DNA of 64,000 nucleotides from Terriglobia bacterium (GTDB taxonomy: Bacteria; Acidobacteriota; Polarisedimenticolia; Polarisedimenticolales; JAIQFR01): the NCBI GenBank assembly GCA_963748015.1, contig CAVVHE010000005.1, positions 608,001-672,000 on the forward strand. Direction: 5' to 3'. Of the stretch, positions 40,268-51,803 are shown in pieces (the first letter of the stretch is position 1; the number at the start of each line of letters is the position of its first letter). The notes under the pieces are model-generated. The model did not search any database, was not told the DNA's origin, and saw only the letters and a program-made list of their open reading frames with translations. A program made the translations under genes and the position numbers.

Positions 40268-40668
40268 TGACCGTCCCCGCCCAGGCCGAACCCCGACGCT
40301 GGCGCAACGTGACCGTGGTCCGCGAGGGCGACCCGCGCCGGATGCGATGGGTGCTGTTCCTGTTCGCCGGCATCCTCGCCGCGATCGTTCCCGTCGCCGC
40401 CTACCTGGTCCAGCAGATGCAGTACGTGGAGGCTCGCTACCAGATCGAGGACCTGAGGGGGCGGCTTCAGCGCCTCGAGGAGACGGAGCGCCGCCTGAGG
40501 ATCGAGAGAGCGACGCTGGAAACGCTCCCGCGGGTGGAGAAGCGCGCGCTCGGCGAGCTCGGTCTCGTCCACGCGACGCCCCACCAGATGGTGGTCGTCC
40601 GTTCGTCGGCCCCGGACCGAGGGACCGCGGCGTCCCGCACCCTCGGCGAGTTCCCCTCGCCGCGCTGA
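40267..40668 (+). CDS. ftsL: Cell division protein FtsL
   Basis: One TM helix plus leucine-zipper coiled coil, RVEKRALGELGL; lies between rsmH and ftsI. Confidence 0.85.
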   Translation: MTVPAQAEPRRWRNVTVVREGDPRRMRWVLFLFAGILAAIVPVAAYLVQQMQYVEARYQIEDLRGRLQRLEETERRLRIERATLETLPRVEKRALGELGLVHATPHQMVVVRSSAPDRGTAASRTLGEFPSPR

Positions 40669-40705
40669 GCCGGCGTCCGGCGCAGGCGGCGGATCGAGAG
40701 TCTCG

Positions 40706-42792
40706 GTGGAGTCTTTGACCCGCACCCGCGTCGCGATCTTCACGGTGGCCGTGGCGCTCCTCGCGCTGGCCGTCGCCGCGCGGCTCGTCGAGCTGCAAGT
40801 GCTCCGCGCCGACGAGATGAAGTCCCAGGCGCGGCGGCAGCACGAGCAGATGGTGGAGATCGGCGGCGAGCGCGGGGCCGTGCTCGACCGCACCGGCCGC
40901 GAGCTCGCGGTGAGCGTCGCGACATCGTCGCTGTTCGCGCATCCCGCGCGCGTCGCGGACCCCCGGCGCGCCGCGCGACTCCTCTCGGGGGTCCTCGACG
41001 TCCCCGAGTCGCGGATCTACGACCGCCTCCGCTCGGACGCGCCGTTCGTCTGGCTCAAGCGGCGCATGGATCCCGCGATGACCCGTGCGGTGCAGGCGCT
41101 CCCCCTCCCCGTCGGGAAGGGAAAGCCGTTCGGGCTCGAGGACGAGGGGAAGCGCTTCTACCCCCAGGGCGAGCTCGCCGTGCACGTCGTCGGCATCGCG
41201 AACATCGACCAGCACGGGGTCGAGGGGATCGAGCGGGTGTTCGACGAGGAGCTGCAGGGAGACTCGTCTCGGTACCTCGCGGTCCGCGACGGCCGCGGCG
41301 GTACCGTGCTGCAGCTGGTCCAGCCGGCGTCGAAGGTCCCGCAGGACGTCGTGCTGACCCTCGACCTCGACCTGCAGCACATCGTGGAACGCGAGCTCGA
41401 CCGGGCGTGGACCGAGAGCGGCTCGCGCGCGGCGGCCGCGATCCTCCTCGACCCCGCGACGGGGCAAGTCCTGGCGCTCGCGAACCGCCCGACCGCCGAC
41501 GCGAACCGCTACGGCGAGGCCACGGCCGAGGGGAGGCGCAACCGCGCGGTCGTGGACCAGTACGAGCCCGGCTCCACGTTCAAGGTGATCACCGCGTCCA
41601 CGGCGCTCGATCTCGGCACGGTCACGCCGGAGCGGACGTTCGACTGCCAGAACGGGAGCATCTCCATCGCGGGGTTCAAGATCCGGGACCACAACCCCTA
41701 CGGCGTGCTCACGGTGCGGGAGATCCTCGAGAAGTCGAGCAACGTCGGGGCCATCAAGATCGGCCGGACGATTCCCCGCGAGAGCTTCGACGAGTACATC
41801 CGCAGGTTCGGGTTCGGGCGCCGCACCGGGATCGAGCTGCCGGGGGAGCGCTCGGGCCAGATCACGCCGCTCGCGAGCTGGTCGGTCCTCTCCCCCGCCT
41901 CGATGTCCATGGGGCAGGAGATCGCGGTGACCGCGATGCAGGCCGCGTCGGCGCTCGCTACGGTGGCCAACGGCGGCCTCCGCGTCCCGCCGCGCATCGT
42001 CCTCGGGAAGCGCGACGCGTCGGGGACCTTCACGCACGAACCTCGGCCCGAGCCCGTGCGGGTGATCTCCGAGCGCACCGCGCGCACGATCGCGGGGATC
42101 CTCGAGGGGGTCGTCGTCCGCGGCACCGGCACGAAGGCGGCGGTCCCCGGCTACCGGCTCGCCGGGAAGACCGGCACCGCGCAGAAGGTCGTGCCGGGCC
42201 AGGGCTATTCTCACAAGGATTTCGTCGCTTCGTTCGCGGGCTTCGGCCCCGTGGGATCGCCGCGCCTCGCGGGAATCCTCGTGCTCGACTCGCCGAGCGG
42301 CGGGGTCTACTACGGCGGCCAGATCGCGGCGCCCGCGTTCGGCCGGATCATGGCCGACGCTCTCGCCTACCTGCGCGTGCCGCCCGACGAGGACCCGCTG
42401 CCCCCTCCGGAAGCCAAGCCGGCGTCCCCGGCGCAGAAGACCGCCAGGAAGCAGGCCTCGGACGGCGAGGAGGGCGCCGCGCCGCAGCTGCCGGACGCTC
42501 CGATCGCCACGGGCCCCGGCCAGGTTCCGGACCTGCGCGGCCTCGGTCTTCGCGAGTCCGTCGTCGCCCTCTCCGCGCGCGGGTACCGCGCGCACGTCGC
42601 GGGAAGCGGCACCGTGCTCGAGCAGGTCCCGCCGCCGGGCTCCCCGCTCGGGGAAGGCGGCGTCTGCGAAATCCGGCTCGGGGCCCCTTCGGACGAGCGG
42701 GCCGTCACGCCCGCGAAGCCGGCCGCCCCCCCGCGGCACCCAAGCCGCTCGTGGCATCCGTCCGCGCCCCGGCGAAACGGAGGGCGCGATGA
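40706..42792 (+). CDS. ftsI: Penicillin-binding protein FtsI (PBP3) with PASTA domain; apparent 1-nt deletion near the 3' end
   Basis: EPGSTFK, KSSN, GKTGTAQ, VPDLRGL. No stop in frame; adding one C to the run at 42726-42732 gives TGA at 42790-42792 overlapping the murE ATG. Confidence 0.9.
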
Positions 42793-44306
42793 TCGCGGCG
42801 GCGCGTCTCCTGTCGGACCTCCTGCACGGAGCCGGCGTCCTCCCCCTCGAGCCCGTCGCGGCCGACCCCGAGATCACCGGCGTCTCGCTCGACTCGCGGC
42901 GCGTGGAGCCCGGCAACCTGTTCTACGCGCTTCGCGGCTTCCGGACGGACGGCGTCGTCTTCGTTCCCGACGCGGTCGGCCGCGGCGCGGCCGCCGTGGT
43001 CTCGTCCTCGCCGCGGCCGCCCTCGCTCCACGAGGGCATCGCCTGGGTCCGCGTGGAGGACGCGAGGCGCGCGGCCGGCCTCCTCGCGCGCGAGTGGTTC
43101 GGGCGGCCCGACGAGGCGGTAGCACTCGTGGGGATCACCGGGACCAACGGGAAGACGACGGTGACGTACCTCGTCGAGGCGATGGCCCGGGCCGGCGGGC
43201 TCACGCCGGGCCGGATCGGGACGATCGGCTGCGCCTACGGCGGCAACGAGCGCCCGAGCCCGCGCACGACGCCGGAGGCTCCCGAGCTCTTCGCGCTCCT
43301 CGCGGAGATGCGCGACGCCGGCGTCGACCTCGTGGCGATCGAGGTCTCGTCGCACGCGCTGGCACTCGGCCGCGTGGAGGGAGCGCGGTACGCGGTGGCC
43401 GCCTTCCTGAACCTCGGCCAGGACCATCTCGACTTCCACGGCGACCCCGAGTCGTACTTCGAGGCGAAGGCCCGGATGTTCGACGGGCTCGGCCCCGACC
43501 AGACCGCCGTGCTCCCCGCCGACGACCCGCGCGGGGCGGAGCTTTCGTCCCGCACGCGCGCCGGAACGATCACGTTCGGCCGTTCGCAGGGGGCGACCGT
43601 GCGCCTCCGCGACGAGGCCTGCGACCTCGAGGGCTCCTCCGCCGTTCTGGAGATCCGCGGCTCCCCTCTCGAGATCCGCACCCGGCTGCTCGGCAGGTTC
43701 AACCTCGACAACGTCGCCGCGGCCGCCGCGTGCGCGGTCGCGGCGGGCCTTCCCCCGAGCGCCGTCGCCGGGGGAGCGCGCGCGGTCGCGCAGATCCCGG
43801 GCCGGATGGAGCCTGTTTCCGCGGGCCAGCCGTTCGCGGTGCTCGTGGACTTCGCCCACACCGAGCAGGCGCTCGCCCGCCTCCTCGACGGCGTCCGCGA
43901 CCTGGTGAAGGGCAAGACGCTGGTGGTGTTCGGCTGCGGCGGCCAGCGGGACCGCGGGAAGCGGCCGGCGATGGGGCGCGCCGCCGCGCAGCGCGCCGAC
44001 CTGGTCTTCCTGACCTCCGACAACCCGCGCGACGAGGATCCGCTGGCGATCCTCCGCGAGGTGGAGTCCGGGGTGGCGTCGGTCCCGGGAGGGCCGGAGC
44101 GGTGCTGCGTGATCCCGGGCCGGACCGAAGCGGTCGCGGCCGCCGTCTCGCTCGCACGCCAGGGCGACGCCGTCGTGATCGCGGGCAAGGGGCACGAGAC
44201 GACGCAGACCTTCGGGGACCACGTGGAACACCTCGACGACCGCGAGGTCGCGAGGAAGGCGCTGGCCGCTCTCGGCTGGGGAAGGGGCGTCCGTGCCGGC
44301 GCTTAG
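42789..44306 (+). CDS. murE: UDP-MurNAc-tripeptide synthetase MurE (meso-DAP type)
   Basis: GITGTNGKTT, EVSSH, DHLDFH, DFAHT, FGCGG, DNPR (DAP specificity), AGKGHE. Confidence 0.97.
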   Translation: MIAAARLLSDLLHGAGVLPLEPVAADPEITGVSLDSRRVEPGNLFYALRGFRTDGVVFVPDAVGRGAAAVVSSSPRPPSLHEGIAWVRVEDARRAAGLLAREWFGRPDEAVALVGITGTNGKTTVTYLVEAMARAGGLTPGRIGTIGCAYGGNERPSPRTTPEAPELFALLAEMRDAGVDLVAIEVSSHALALGRVEGARYAVAAFLNLGQDHLDFHGDPESYFEAKARMFDGLGPDQTAVLPADDPRGAELSSRTRAGTITFGRSQGATVRLRDEACDLEGSSAVLEIRGSPLEIRTRLLGRFNLDNVAAAAACAVAAGLPPSAVAGGARAVAQIPGRMEPVSAGQPFAVLVDFAHTEQALARLLDGVRDLVKGKTLVVFGCGGQRDRGKRPAMGRAAAQRADLVFLTSDNPRDEDPLAILREVESGVASVPGGPERCCVIPGRTEAVAAAVSLARQGDAVVIAGKGHETTQTFGDHVEHLDDREVARKALAALGWGRGVRAGA

Positions 44307-45687
44307 CCTCGGCGAGCTCGCGGCGGCCACCGGCGGCGTCCTGCTGCGCGGCAGCGGCGAGACCCGCGTGGACTCGTACTCCATCGACACGCGGACGCTG
44401 CGGCCGGGGGGGGTCTTCTTCGCGCTCCCGGGCGCGCGGTCGGACGGGCACTCGTTCCTCGGCGCGGCCGCGCGCGCCGGCGCCGCCGCGGGGGTGATCC
44501 GCGAGGAGCCCCCGGTCGGCGAGGCCGCCCCTCCCGCCCTCCTCCGCGTGGACGACGTCGCGGACGCGCTCGCGCGCGCCGGTTCCGCGGCGCGGCGAGC
44601 GGGCGGCTTCCGCGTCGCCGCGGTGACCGGCAGCGCCGGCAAGACCACGACCAAGGAGTTGCTGGCGGCGGGGCTCGGCGCGTCGCGCAAGGTGCACCGC
44701 ACGCAGGCGAATCTCAACAACCACCTCGGCGTGCCCCTGAGCCTGCTTGCCTGCCCCGACGGTGCCGAGTGGGCGGTGATCGAGATGGGGATGAGCGCCC
44801 CGGGGGAGATCGGATTCCTGACGCGCATCGCCGACCCGGACGTCGCGCTCGTGACGAACGTGAGGCCGGTCCACCTGGAGTTCTTCGACTCGCTCGACGG
44901 CATCGCCGCCGCGAAGGGGGAGCTGTACGCTCTCCTCCGGCACGAGGCGACGGCCGTCGTGAACCTCGACGACGAGCGGTGCCGCGTCCAGGCGCTGAGG
45001 CACGCAGGCCCGCGCGTGACGTTCGGACGCGATCCGTCGGCGGACGTGGCGCTCGAAAGCGTCGAGGACCGGTTCGTCCCCGGAGCCGCGCTCGCGTTCC
45101 GGCACGGCGGGCGGAGCCGCACGCTCGCCCTCCGGATCGGCGGCGCGCACGCGGCGCTCGACGCGCTCGCCGCGCTCGCCGCCGTCGCGGCGGCGGGGGA
45201 AGACCTCGACGCGGCCGCCGCGGCCATGTCGTCGGTCGAGCCGGCTCCCGGCCGCGGCAGGGTCCACCGGCTCGCGAACGGCGCGCTGCTCGTGGACGAG
45301 TCCTACAACAGCAACCCGGCGGCGCTCGAATCGGTGCTCGAAACGCTCGAGGGCTCTCCGGCCTCGGGCCGGAAGGTCCTCGTGATGGGGGACATGCTCG
45401 AGCTCGGCCCGACCGAGAAGGCGCTGCACCGGGAGGCGGGCGAGCGCGCGGCCGCGAGCGGGGTGCAGGTGCTCGTCGGCGTCGGTCCGCGGTCGAAGGC
45501 CGCGGTCGAGGCGGCCCGCCGGTCGCGTATCGCGGAGGCCTGGCACGAGGCGGACGCCGCCGCCGCCGCCCGGTCGGTGCCGCCGAGGATCGGCTCCGGG
45601 GACCTCGTCGTGGTCAAGGGATCCAGGGGCATCCGCCTCGAGAAGGTCGTCGAGGCGATCCTCAGGTATCGCGAGGAGGCGAGCTGA
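44293..45687 (+). CDS. murF: UDP-MurNAc-pentapeptide synthetase MurF
   Basis: [43 protein letters not shown]. Confidence 0.96.
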   Translation: MPALSLGELAAATGGVLLRGSGETRVDSYSIDTRTLRPGGVFFALPGARSDGHSFLGAAARAGAAAGVIREEPPVGEAAPPALLRVDDVADALARAGSAARRAGGFRVAAVTGSAGKTTTKELLAAGLGASRKVHRTQANLNNHLGVPLSLLACPDGAEWAVIEMGMSAPGEIGFLTRIADPDVALVTNVRPVHLEFFDSLDGIAAAKGELYALLRHEATAVVNLDDERCRVQALRHAGPRVTFGRDPSADVALESVEDRFVPGAALAFRHGGRSRTLALRIGGAHAALDALAALAAVAAAGEDLDAAAAAMSSVEPAPGRGRVHRLANGALLVDESYNSNPAALESVLETLEGSPASGRKVLVMGDMLELGPTEKALHREAGERAAASGVQVLVGVGPRSKAAVEAARRSRIAEAWHEADAAAAARSVPPRIGSGDLVVVKGSRGIRLEKVVEAILRYREEAS

Positions 45688-46772
45688 TGCTGTTCCACCT
45701 CCTCTACCCCCTCCACGCGCACTTCGGGGCCTTCAACGTCTTCCGGTACATCACGTTCCGGAGCGCGATGGCCGTGCTCACGGCGCTCCTGCTCTCCTTC
45801 GCGCTCGGGCCGGGGCTGATCCGCCGCCTGCGACAGTTCCAGATCGGGCAGGAGATCCGCGAGGAAGGCCCGAGCTCGCACCAGTCGAAGCGCGGGACGC
45901 CGACGATGGGCGGCCTCCTGATCATCGCCTCGGTGGTGCTCCCGACGCTCCTCTGGGCGGACCTGCGCAACGAGTTCGTTTGGATCGCGGTCGCGTCGAT
46001 GGTGCTCTTCGGGGCCATCGGCTTCGCCGACGACTACCTCAAGGTCGCGCGGAAGCGGAACCTCGGCCTGACCGCGCGGCGCAAGTTCGCGCTGCAGGTC
46101 CTCGTCGGCGGCGCGCTGGGAGCGCTGCTCCTCTGGCTGGCGTGGCAGGGCCACTTCTCGACGCGGCTGTCGTTCCCGTTCTTCAAGCTGGTCCTTCCCG
46201 ACCTTTCGTGGGGGTACGTCCTCTTCGCGGTGCTCGTGCTCACGGGGTCGGCGAACGCCGTGAACCTGACCGACGGACTCGACGGCCTCGCCATCGGGAC
46301 GGTGCTGGTCGTCTCGGCGGCCTTCACCGTGCTGGCGTACGCCGCGGGCAACGCGATCGTCGCCGACTACCTCGGCATCCCGAACGTCAAGGGAACCGGC
46401 GAGCTGACGGTTTACTGCGGGGCGCTCGTGGGGGCGAGCCTCGGGTTCCTCTGGTTCAACTGCCACCCCGCCGAGGTGTTCATGGGCGACGTCGGCTCCA
46501 TGGCGCTCGGAGGGGCGATCGGGACGACGGCGCTCCTCATCAAGCAGGAGTTCCTGCTGGTGATCGCGGGCGGCCTCTTCGTGATCGAGGCGATGTCGGT
46601 GATCCTCCAGGTGGGATCGTTCAGGCTGCGCGGCGTTCGGATCTTCCGCATGTCGCCGCTGCACCACCATTTCGAGCTGGCGGGGTGGAGCGAGACGAAG
46701 GTCGTGATCCGCTTCTGGATCATCGCCATCATGTTCGCCCTTCTCGCGCTGGCCACGCTGAAGCTGAGGTGA
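45687..46772 (+). CDS. mraY: Phospho-MurNAc-pentapeptide transferase MraY
   Basis: [40 protein letters not shown]. Confidence 0.97.
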   Translation: MLFHLLYPLHAHFGAFNVFRYITFRSAMAVLTALLLSFALGPGLIRRLRQFQIGQEIREEGPSSHQSKRGTPTMGGLLIIASVVLPTLLWADLRNEFVWIAVASMVLFGAIGFADDYLKVARKRNLGLTARRKFALQVLVGGALGALLLWLAWQGHFSTRLSFPFFKLVLPDLSWGYVLFAVLVLTGSANAVNLTDGLDGLAIGTVLVVSAAFTVLAYAAGNAIVADYLGIPNVKGTGELTVYCGALVGASLGFLWFNCHPAEVFMGDVGSMALGGAIGTTALLIKQEFLLVIAGGLFVIEAMSVILQVGSFRLRGVRIFRMSPLHHHFELAGWSETKVVIRFWIIAIMFALLALATLKLR

Positions 46773-46780
46773 CGGGGATC

Positions 46781-48184
46781 ATGGTCGCGCCGGCCCTCTC
46801 GCGGAAGGAGCCGAGGCTCGCGGGCCTCAGGGCCCTCGTCGTGGGGCTCGGGCGCAGCGGCCTCGCCGCCGCGAGGCTCCTCGCGTCGAAGGACGCGCGC
46901 GTGACCGTCGCCGACCGCCGCGCTTCCGCGGAGCTCGGAAAGGCCGCCGAGGAAGCCGCGGCGGCCGGCGCCCTCCTGCTCTGCGGAGGGCACCCTCCCG
47001 CGCTTGCCGACGGCGCCGACCTGATCGTGGTGAGCCCGGGGGTCTCCGCGGACGAGCCGATCCTCGCGAGAGCGCGGGAGCTCGAGCTCCCGGTCTGGGC
47101 GGAGGTGGAGCTCGCCTTCCGGTTCTGCCACGGCGGGATCCTGGCGGTGACCGGCTCGAACGGGAAGAGCACGACGACCTCGATGGCCGGAGCGATCCTC
47201 CGCGAGGCGGGGGTCCCCGGCGGGACCGGCGGGAACCTCGGCACGCCGTTCGCCGAGCTGCTCCCGCTCGACGGCCCGTCGGCGGTGCACGCCCTCGAGC
47301 TGTCGTCGTTCCAGCTCGAGGCCATCGACGCCTTCCGCGCCGAGACGGCCCTCCTGCTCAACCTGAGCCCGGACCATCTCGACCGCTACCCGAGCTACGA
47401 CGCCTACGCCGCCGCGAAGGCCCGCCTGCTCGAGGCGCAGAACGCCTCGGGGAACGCGATCTTGAACGCCGACGACGCGGAGAGCGAGAGGTTCCGCGCG
47501 TCGGTGCGCGGCCGCCTCCGCCTGTTCTCCACGCGCCGCGAGGTCGAGGACGGGGCGTTCCTCCGCCGCGGGGTGCTGGTCCTCCGGCTGGACGGGCGGG
47601 AGGAGGAAATCCTGCCGGCTTCGGAGCTGCGCGTCCCCGGCGAGCACAACGTCGCCAACGCGCTCGCCGCGGCGCTCGCGTGCCGCCTCGCGGGCTGCCA
47701 GACGGCGGCGATCGCGCGGGCCCTGCGCGCGTTCCGGGCGCTGCCGCACCGTCTCCAGCACGTCGGCACGCTCGACGGCGTCGAGTTCTACGACGACTCC
47801 AAGGCGACCAACCTCGACGCGGCGGAACGGGCGCTGGCGGCGTTCCCACCGGGACGCGTGCTGCTGATCCTCGGCGGGAAGGACAAGGGCGCCGACTGGC
47901 CGGCCCTCGCCCCGCGGGTCCGCGAGCACGCGCGCTGCGTCCTGCTCGTCGGGCAGGCGGCGCCCGCGGTGCGCGCGGGACTCGAGGGCACGGTCCCGCT
48001 CTTCGACTGCCGCACGGTGGGGCGGGCCGTTCGCGCGGGGTACGAGCGCGCGAGGCCGGGAGACGTGGTGCTCCTGGCGCCGGGCTGCGCGTCGTTCGAC
48101 CAGTACCGCAACTTCGAGGAGCGCGGCGACGACTTCCGGCGCGCGGTCGAGGCGCTGCTTCCGGGGGGAGGGCGAGATGCCTAA
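46781..48184 (+). CDS. murD: UDP-MurNAc-L-Ala:D-Glu ligase MurD
   Basis: GLGRSG, VSPG, GSNGKSTT, ELSSFQL, DHLDRY, DDSKATN, PGCASFDQY. An alternative GTG start exists at 46769. Confidence 0.96.
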   Translation: MVAPALSRKEPRLAGLRALVVGLGRSGLAAARLLASKDARVTVADRRASAELGKAAEEAAAAGALLLCGGHPPALADGADLIVVSPGVSADEPILARARELELPVWAEVELAFRFCHGGILAVTGSNGKSTTTSMAGAILREAGVPGGTGGNLGTPFAELLPLDGPSAVHALELSSFQLEAIDAFRAETALLLNLSPDHLDRYPSYDAYAAAKARLLEAQNASGNAILNADDAESERFRASVRGRLRLFSTRREVEDGAFLRRGVLVLRLDGREEEILPASELRVPGEHNVANALAAALACRLAGCQTAAIARALRAFRALPHRLQHVGTLDGVEFYDDSKATNLDAAERALAAFPPGRVLLILGGKDKGADWPALAPRVREHARCVLLVGQAAPAVRAGLEGTVPLFDCRTVGRAVRAGYERARPGDVVLLAPGCASFDQYRNFEERGDDFRRAVEALLPGGGRDA

Positions 48185-49268
48185 GCGCACGGCGCCCGAC
48201 CGCTGGCTGCTCGTGATCGCCGGCCTCCTGACGCTCGCGGGCCTGTTCATGGTGGGGAGCTCCTCGCACTACCTCGCGATGAGCCTCGGCCAGAGCCCGT
48301 ACCACTACCTGCTCCGGCACGGCGTCTACGTGGTGCTCGGCGTGGCCGCCCTGCTCGCAGGCATGTGGCTCCCCTACCGGAAGCTCGACCATCCGCGGCT
48401 CGTGGCCGCCCTCGTCGGGATCTCGATCGCGGCGCTCGTGGCGGTGCTCGCGATGCCGGCCGCCGGCGGCGCGCGCCGCTGGTTCCCCCTCGGGATCGCG
48501 AGCGTCCAGCCGTCGGAGGTCGCGAAACTGGTCGTCATCGTGTTCATGGCCTACCTCCTCTCCCGCAAGGAGAGCCAGGTCAACGAGTTCTGGATCGTTC
48601 CGGCTCCGGCCGTCGCGGTCACCGGGATCATGGCGGCCCTGATCGCGGTCGAGCCCGATCTCGGCTCGGCGCTGATGGTCGCCGCGATGATGGGCGTGAT
48701 GCTCTTCGTCGCCGGGCTGCGCTGGCGGTACATCGGCGCGGTGGTCGGGACGGGCGTCGTCGGGATCGCGGTCGCGATCGTGGCGGAGCCCTACCGGATC
48801 GCGCGGATCAGGACGTTCCTGCACCCCGAAGCGGACCTCCAGGGCTCGGGCTTCCAGCTCTGGCAGTCGCTCATCGCCGTCGGCAACGGCGGGTGGATCG
48901 GCGTCGGCCTCGGCCAGGGGCAGCAGAAGGCGTTCTACCTCCCCGCGGCCCACACGGACTTCATCTTCAGCGTGGTCGGCGAGGAGCTGGGCCTCGTGGG
49001 GACCGCGCTCCTGCTCGTCGCGTTCTCGCTCCTGTTCTGGCGCGGGATGCGCGCGGCGTTGCGCGCGCCGGACCGCTTCGGGTTCTACCTGGCGCTCGGG
49101 GCGACGAGCCTGCTGACGCTCCAGGCGCTGATCCACATGGCGGTGTGCCTCGGGCTGTTTCCGACGAAGGGCCTTCCGATGCCGTTCATCAGCTACGGCG
49201 GATCGTCCCTCGTGGCGAGCATGGCCGCGACGGGCCTGTTGCTGAACGTGTCGCAGCATTCGAGCTGA
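48177..49268 (+). CDS. ftsW: SEDS peptidoglycan polymerase FtsW
   Basis: GARRW, QPSEVAK, EPDLG, AHTDFIFSVVGEELG, PFISYGGSS. Confidence 0.96.
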   Translation: MPKRTAPDRWLLVIAGLLTLAGLFMVGSSSHYLAMSLGQSPYHYLLRHGVYVVLGVAALLAGMWLPYRKLDHPRLVAALVGISIAALVAVLAMPAAGGARRWFPLGIASVQPSEVAKLVVIVFMAYLLSRKESQVNEFWIVPAPAVAVTGIMAALIAVEPDLGSALMVAAMMGVMLFVAGLRWRYIGAVVGTGVVGIAVAIVAEPYRIARIRTFLHPEADLQGSGFQLWQSLIAVGNGGWIGVGLGQGQQKAFYLPAAHTDFIFSVVGEELGLVGTALLLVAFSLLFWRGMRAALRAPDRFGFYLALGATSLLTLQALIHMAVCLGLFPTKGLPMPFISYGGSSLVASMAATGLLLNVSQHSS

Positions 49269-49273
49269 GCGGG

Positions 49274-50418
49274 ATGAGGGGGAGAGCGGGTGCTTCGAGG
49301 ATCGTCGTCGCGGGGGGGGAACGGGCGGACATCTCTTCCCCGCGCTCGCGGTGGCGGACGAGCTCAGGCGGCGGCACCCGGACGCGGCGATCTCGTTCGT
49401 CGGCGGAACGCGCGGGCTCGAGACGAAGCTGGTCCCGGCCGGCGGGTATCCGCTCCGGACGATGTGGCTCGCGGGGCTCAAGGGAGCCGGTGTTCCGGCG
49501 AGAGTTGCGGCGGCCGTCGCCGCGGCACTCGCCACGGTCCGGTGCCTGGCGTGGATGGTCCGCGACAGGCCGGACCTCGCGATCGGGGTCGGAGGGTACG
49601 CGTCGGGGCCCGCGATGCTGGCCGCGAGGCTTCTCGGCGTGAGAACGATGGTGATGGAGCAGAACCACTTCCCGGGAGCGGTCAACCGCCACCTCGCGCC
49701 GCGGGTGGACGCGGTGTGCGTCCCCTCCGAGGCGGCGCGCGCGCGGCTCGGCGGCCGCGGGATCGTCACCGGGAACCCGGTCCGCCGCGAGTTCGCCTCG
49801 ATCGGTCCCCCGCCGGCCGCGAGCGAGGCCTCGCTCCTGGTCTTCGGCGGCAGCCGGGGCGCCTCGTCCATCAACCGCGCCGCCGCCGGCGCGCTCCCCC
49901 TCCTCGCGCAACTCTCCCCGCCGCCGAGGATCGTGCACCAGACCGGAGAGGCGGACGTGGCGGACGTGGCCGCCGCCTACCGGGCGTATCCGGGCCCCCA
50001 CGAGGTGCGCGCCTTCCTCGACGACATGCCGGCGCGGCTGGCCGCGGCCGACCTCGTCGTGTCGCGCGCCGGTGCCACGACCCTCGCGGAGCTAGCGGCC
50101 GCCGGGCGCCCGGCGATCCTCGTCCCCTACCCGTTCGCCGCCGACGACCACCAGCGGCTGAACGCGGAGGCGGTCGAGGGGGCGGGGGCCGCGGTCGTCC
50201 TCCTCGACCGCGACCTCGACGGGAGCCGCCTCGCGGAGGCCGTCGCCTCGCTCGTCGCCGACCCCGCGCGGCGGCGGGCGATGGGAGACGCCGCGCGGCG
50301 CCTCGCGCGCATCGATGCCGCTTCGCTCATCGCGGACGTCGCGGACGCGCTGCTCGAGGGACGCGCTCCGTCCGCGGGGGACGCTCCATCGAGGAAGGAG
50401 GCGCGCGATGTTTCGTAA
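49274..50418 (+). CDS. murG: MurG glycosyltransferase; apparent 1-nt deletion in the G-run at 49312-49319
   Basis: One extra G restores [15 protein letters not shown]. Downstream motifs GGYASGP, EQN, GNPVR, GGSRGA, RAGATT, DHQRLNA. Confidence 0.92.
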
Positions 50419-51803
50419 GGCGAGGCGCCTCCACTTCGTCGGGATCGGCGGGGCCGGCATGAGCGGCATCGCCGAGGTCCTCGTGAACCTGGGCTACCCG
50501 GTCTCGGGATCCGACCTCGCGGCGGGTCCCGCGACGCGGCGCCTCCGGAAGCTGGGGGCCACCGTGCAGCGCGGCCACCGCGCGTCGCACGTCCACGACG
50601 CCGACGTGGTCGTCGTGTCGACCGCCGTCCCGCCGGACAACCCCGAGGTGGTCGAGGCGCGCCGCCGGAAGATCCCGGTGATCCCGCGTGCCGAGATGCT
50701 CGCGGAGCTGATGCGGATGAAGTACGGCGTCGCCGTCGCGGGCTCCCACGGGAAGACGACGACGACCGCCATGACGGCCGCCGTGCTCGCGAGCGGCGGC
50801 CTCGACCCGACCGTGGTCATCGGCGGGCGGATCGGGACGCTCAAGTCGGGGGCGAAGCTCGGCAAGGGCGAGATCATGGTCGCCGAGGCCGACGAGTCGG
50901 ACGGCTCGTTCCTCAAGATGAAGCCCACGATCGCGGTCGTCACCAACATCGACCGCGAGCACCTCGACCACTACGCCGACCTCCTCGAGATCCAGGACGC
51001 GTTCGTGCAGTTCCTGTCGCGCGTCCCGTTCTACGGCGCGGTGGTGGCGTGCGTGGACGATCCGAACGTCCGCGCCGTCCTCCCGCGCGTGGACCGCAGG
51101 GTGATCTCCTACGGCCTCTCGAGCGACGCCGAGATCTCCGCGGCCGACGTGGCGGTCTCGGGCTTCGGCTCGAGCTTCGTAGCGCTCCGCCGCGGGACTC
51201 GTCTCGGCGCGGTGAAGCTCCAGGTGCCGGGGCGGCACTCGGTCTACAACGCGCTCGCGTCGATCGCGGTCGGGCTCGAGCTGGACGTCCCCTTCGCGTC
51301 GGCCGCGCGGGCGCTCTCCCGCTTCAAGGGGGTGGACCGCCGGTTCCAGCTCCGCGGGACGGCCTTCGGCGCGATGGTGGTGGACGATTACGGCCACCAC
51401 CCGACGGAGATCTCGGCGACCCTCGCCGCGGCGCGCGAGGGGTTCGGCGTGCGCACGATCGTGGTGTTCCAGCCGCACCGCTTCACCCGCACGCGGGCGC
51501 TCCTCGAGGAGTTCGGCCGCGCCTTCTTCCTCGCGGACCGGGTCATCGTGACCGAGATCTACGGCGCCGGGGAAGCGCCGATCCCCGGTGTCGACGGCGC
51601 CTCGGTGGCCGACGCGCTCGTGCGGCACGGGCATCCCGTCGGTGACGTTCGAGCCCACCTTCTCGAAGATCCCCCAGCTGCTGCGCGGGATCCTGCTCGA
51701 GGGGGACCTGGTCCTGACCCTCGGCGCCGGCAACGTGTGGAAGGTGGGCGAGGACCTGATCCGGCTCTCCTCGGGGCCCAAGCGTGGCGGGAGGAAACGG
51801 TGA
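50408..51803 (+). CDS. murC: UDP-MurNAc-L-Ala ligase MurC; apparent 1-nt insertion near 51635
   Basis: [37 protein letters not shown]. The conserved tail [12 protein letters not shown] lies in another frame, ending at TGA 51801-51803. Confidence 0.92.

Noticed and set aside
40706..44497. 1263-aa FtsI-MurE fusion
   Set aside because: The extension is Arg/Pro/Gly-rich off-frame translation; MurE is in a different frame.
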